The position numbers were made by a program, and so were the translations under genes. This document shows positions 61,810 through 64,000 of a stretch of 64,000 bases of DNA, piece by piece. This stretch comes from Felis catus (lineage: Eukaryota): contig NC_058368.1 in assembly GCF_018350175.1 (NCBI RefSeq), positions 5,828,001 through 5,892,000 of the forward strand. Direction: 5' to 3'. Position 1 is the first letter of the stretch. Each line of letters begins with the position of its first letter. The notes beneath the pieces were generated by a model. The model worked only from the letters and a program-made list of their open reading frames with translations. It was not told where the DNA came from and made no database searches.

Positions 61810-64000
61810 ACGAAACATATGAAATAATTTCTTCAGACATTGGGTAAAAAGCAGCACCGGACTGTGATCCCTGAGAGAAGGGTAAAGAGACCCACTACTG
61901 CCCTTGCTTCATACCTGGAGGCAATTTCTGGTCTGTGCAGGGAGGAAGAGCCCAAAGATGGGTCAACACTTTGGCTAAGTTAATGAGACAGAGATTGGAC
62001 CTTAGAGAGGTGGCTGGAATTTGTAGAAATGAACCCTGGAAATGAGGGAACTATGCAGAGAATGAGCTCCAGAAATTCTTGGGCTGAATGCCAATCCGTA
62101 TATGTGTACTGAGAAATTTCACAAGGCCACCAACGAGCAGTTACTGTGGGAAACCAAGTTACCATAGAACTGCGAGTCAAAACTTGCCAGATCTAATATA
62201 GAGCTAGAAATTACTCTTATTTCCATGGGTCAAAGTAAAGAGACCTTATTCAATATATGAAGCATTCAATAGACACCCAAGAAGAGATAACCCTTGTATA
62301 GGAACTAAATTACTTCTTAAGTAAAAGATACTCTAGACTCACTTGAAGAAGAAGAAAAATAAATCTTAGAATGATCAAACTATTCATAGGGAATGTAACT
62401 TCCTGCAAAACCAAAGTCCAAGTATTTAAATGTATGCAACAGAAAACATTCAACAGCATAAAATTCACAATGTCCAGCACCCATTATAAAATTGCAGTCT
62501 ATGAAGAAGCAAAACTTTGAACCATAGCCAGGAGAAAATCGGCCATAGAATCAATAGAAAAAAACAGATACTGCAGTGAATTAGCAGAAAAATCTTTAAG
62601 ATAGCTATTACAATTACACTCAATCATTTGAAAGAAAGCAATGAGAGAAAGATGTAAAGAAGGACTAATTAATATTTCTAAAGATGAAGAGTATTAACAC
62701 ATGAAAGGAAAATGTCACTGAATTATTATTAACCTCAGAGAGGCGGCTAAATAAAAGACCCAGTGAACTTGGGCACGGCAAAAGAAACTAAAAATGAACC
62801 AAAGAGAGAACAAAGGTGGTATAAATGAACAGAGATATGGGAAATATCAAGAGTTCCAATAGATGTGTGGTTGAAGTCCCAGAAAAAAAGGAAAGAGTGA
62901 GAGAAAAATATGTATAAAAAGAAATGATCAAATTTTTCCCTATTTGATGGAATCTATAAATCAACAGACCCCAAGAGCAATCTCAAGAAGGATAAATGCA
63001 AATAAAACAACACCAAAGCATGTCAGTATCAAATTGCTGACAATCAGCAATGAAGAGAAAAATCTATAGACTACACAAAAATAGAAAACATAATACATGA
63101 AGAGAAACAAATAGGAAAAATATCAGACTTCCCAATGAAATAGTGCAAGTGAGAAGACAGCAAACATTTTTCAAGTGTTGAAGAAAATAAACTTCCAATC
63201 TAGAATTCTGTACACAGAAAATTTTTTTCAAAACTGAAGGCAAAAGTATTTTGAGAAATAAAATTTGAAAGAATATCCATTTCCTTTAAATTTAAAAAGA
63301 ATTTAAATTATCTTTAGATGCTTATGTTAGAAAAGGAGGCTACAAAATCAATGACCTAATCTTCCAACTTCAACAAGTTGGAAAGGAGCAAATTAAATCT
63401 CAGTTAAATAGAAGGGAAAGGAATAATAAAAGTAGAAATTAATACAATAGGAAAAAGACAAACAGTATATAAAATCAGTGAAACCAAAGTTGGTCTTTTG
63501 AAACTATCTATAAAGTTATCTAGGTGCACTGATCACCACAAAAAAAGAGAATTCAAAATTACCAATGTCAGTAATGAAAGAGAGAATTATCAGTAGTTAT
63601 TAGTATGGGTATCACACATAATAAGGGAATACTATAAACAAATGTATGTCAATAAAGGTGACAACTTGGATGAAAATTTAAAATTCCTTGAAAGATACAA
63701 ATTAACAAAATAGATTCAATAAAAAAAAACCCTGACCATCCTTATATTTAATAATAAGATTAACTTCATAATTAAAAACTTTCCCAGGGCTTCATCAGTA
63801 AATTCTCTCAAATATTTATGAAAGAAATAATGCTAATCTTAAACTTTTTCAGAAAATAGAGACAAGGGAAACACTGCCCAAATCAAGAAGCAAGTACTAC
63901 GCTGATTCAAAATCCAGACCAAGAATATTATGGGTTAAGTCAGAAAAATATCTCTCATAAACTTAAGTACAAAATCCTTAGCAAATATGAACAAATCAAA
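61810..64000 (+). mobile_element. old L1 5' region, ORF1 and ORF2 fragments (decayed)
   Basis: ORF1-like aatctagaattctgtacacagaaa and ORF2-like tgacaacttggatgaaa...aaattccttgaaagatacaaatt. Confidence 0.75.

Overview
Felid (cat-family) genomic DNA, judged from the abundant SINEC_Fc-type CanSINEs and carnivore L1 ends. The window is AT-rich and mostly repeats. The main content, largely invisible in the ORF track, is the last seven coding exons of a minus-strand P4-ATPase (phospholipid flippase) gene of the ATP8A class: 58590-58651, 55406-55462, 52766-52873, 39552-39640, 31228-31326, 20364-20452 and 15019-15119. All have canonical AG/GT sites and compatible phases. They splice into one stop-free frame of 605 nt (about 201 aa) covering roughly TM7 end to TM10 plus a tail with the GYAFSQ motif. 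The peptide is only about half identical to human ATP8A2 as I recall it, so this looks like an intact, diverged, intron-containing ATP8A2-like paralog rather than the ortholog; upstream exons lie beyond position 64000. The rest is L1 (including a near-full-length copy and a complex inverted/nested cluster), SINEC, L2, MIR, LTRs, Tigger1/MER DNA transposons and microsatellites. Repeat family names and most repeat boundaries are from visual recognition and are approximate.
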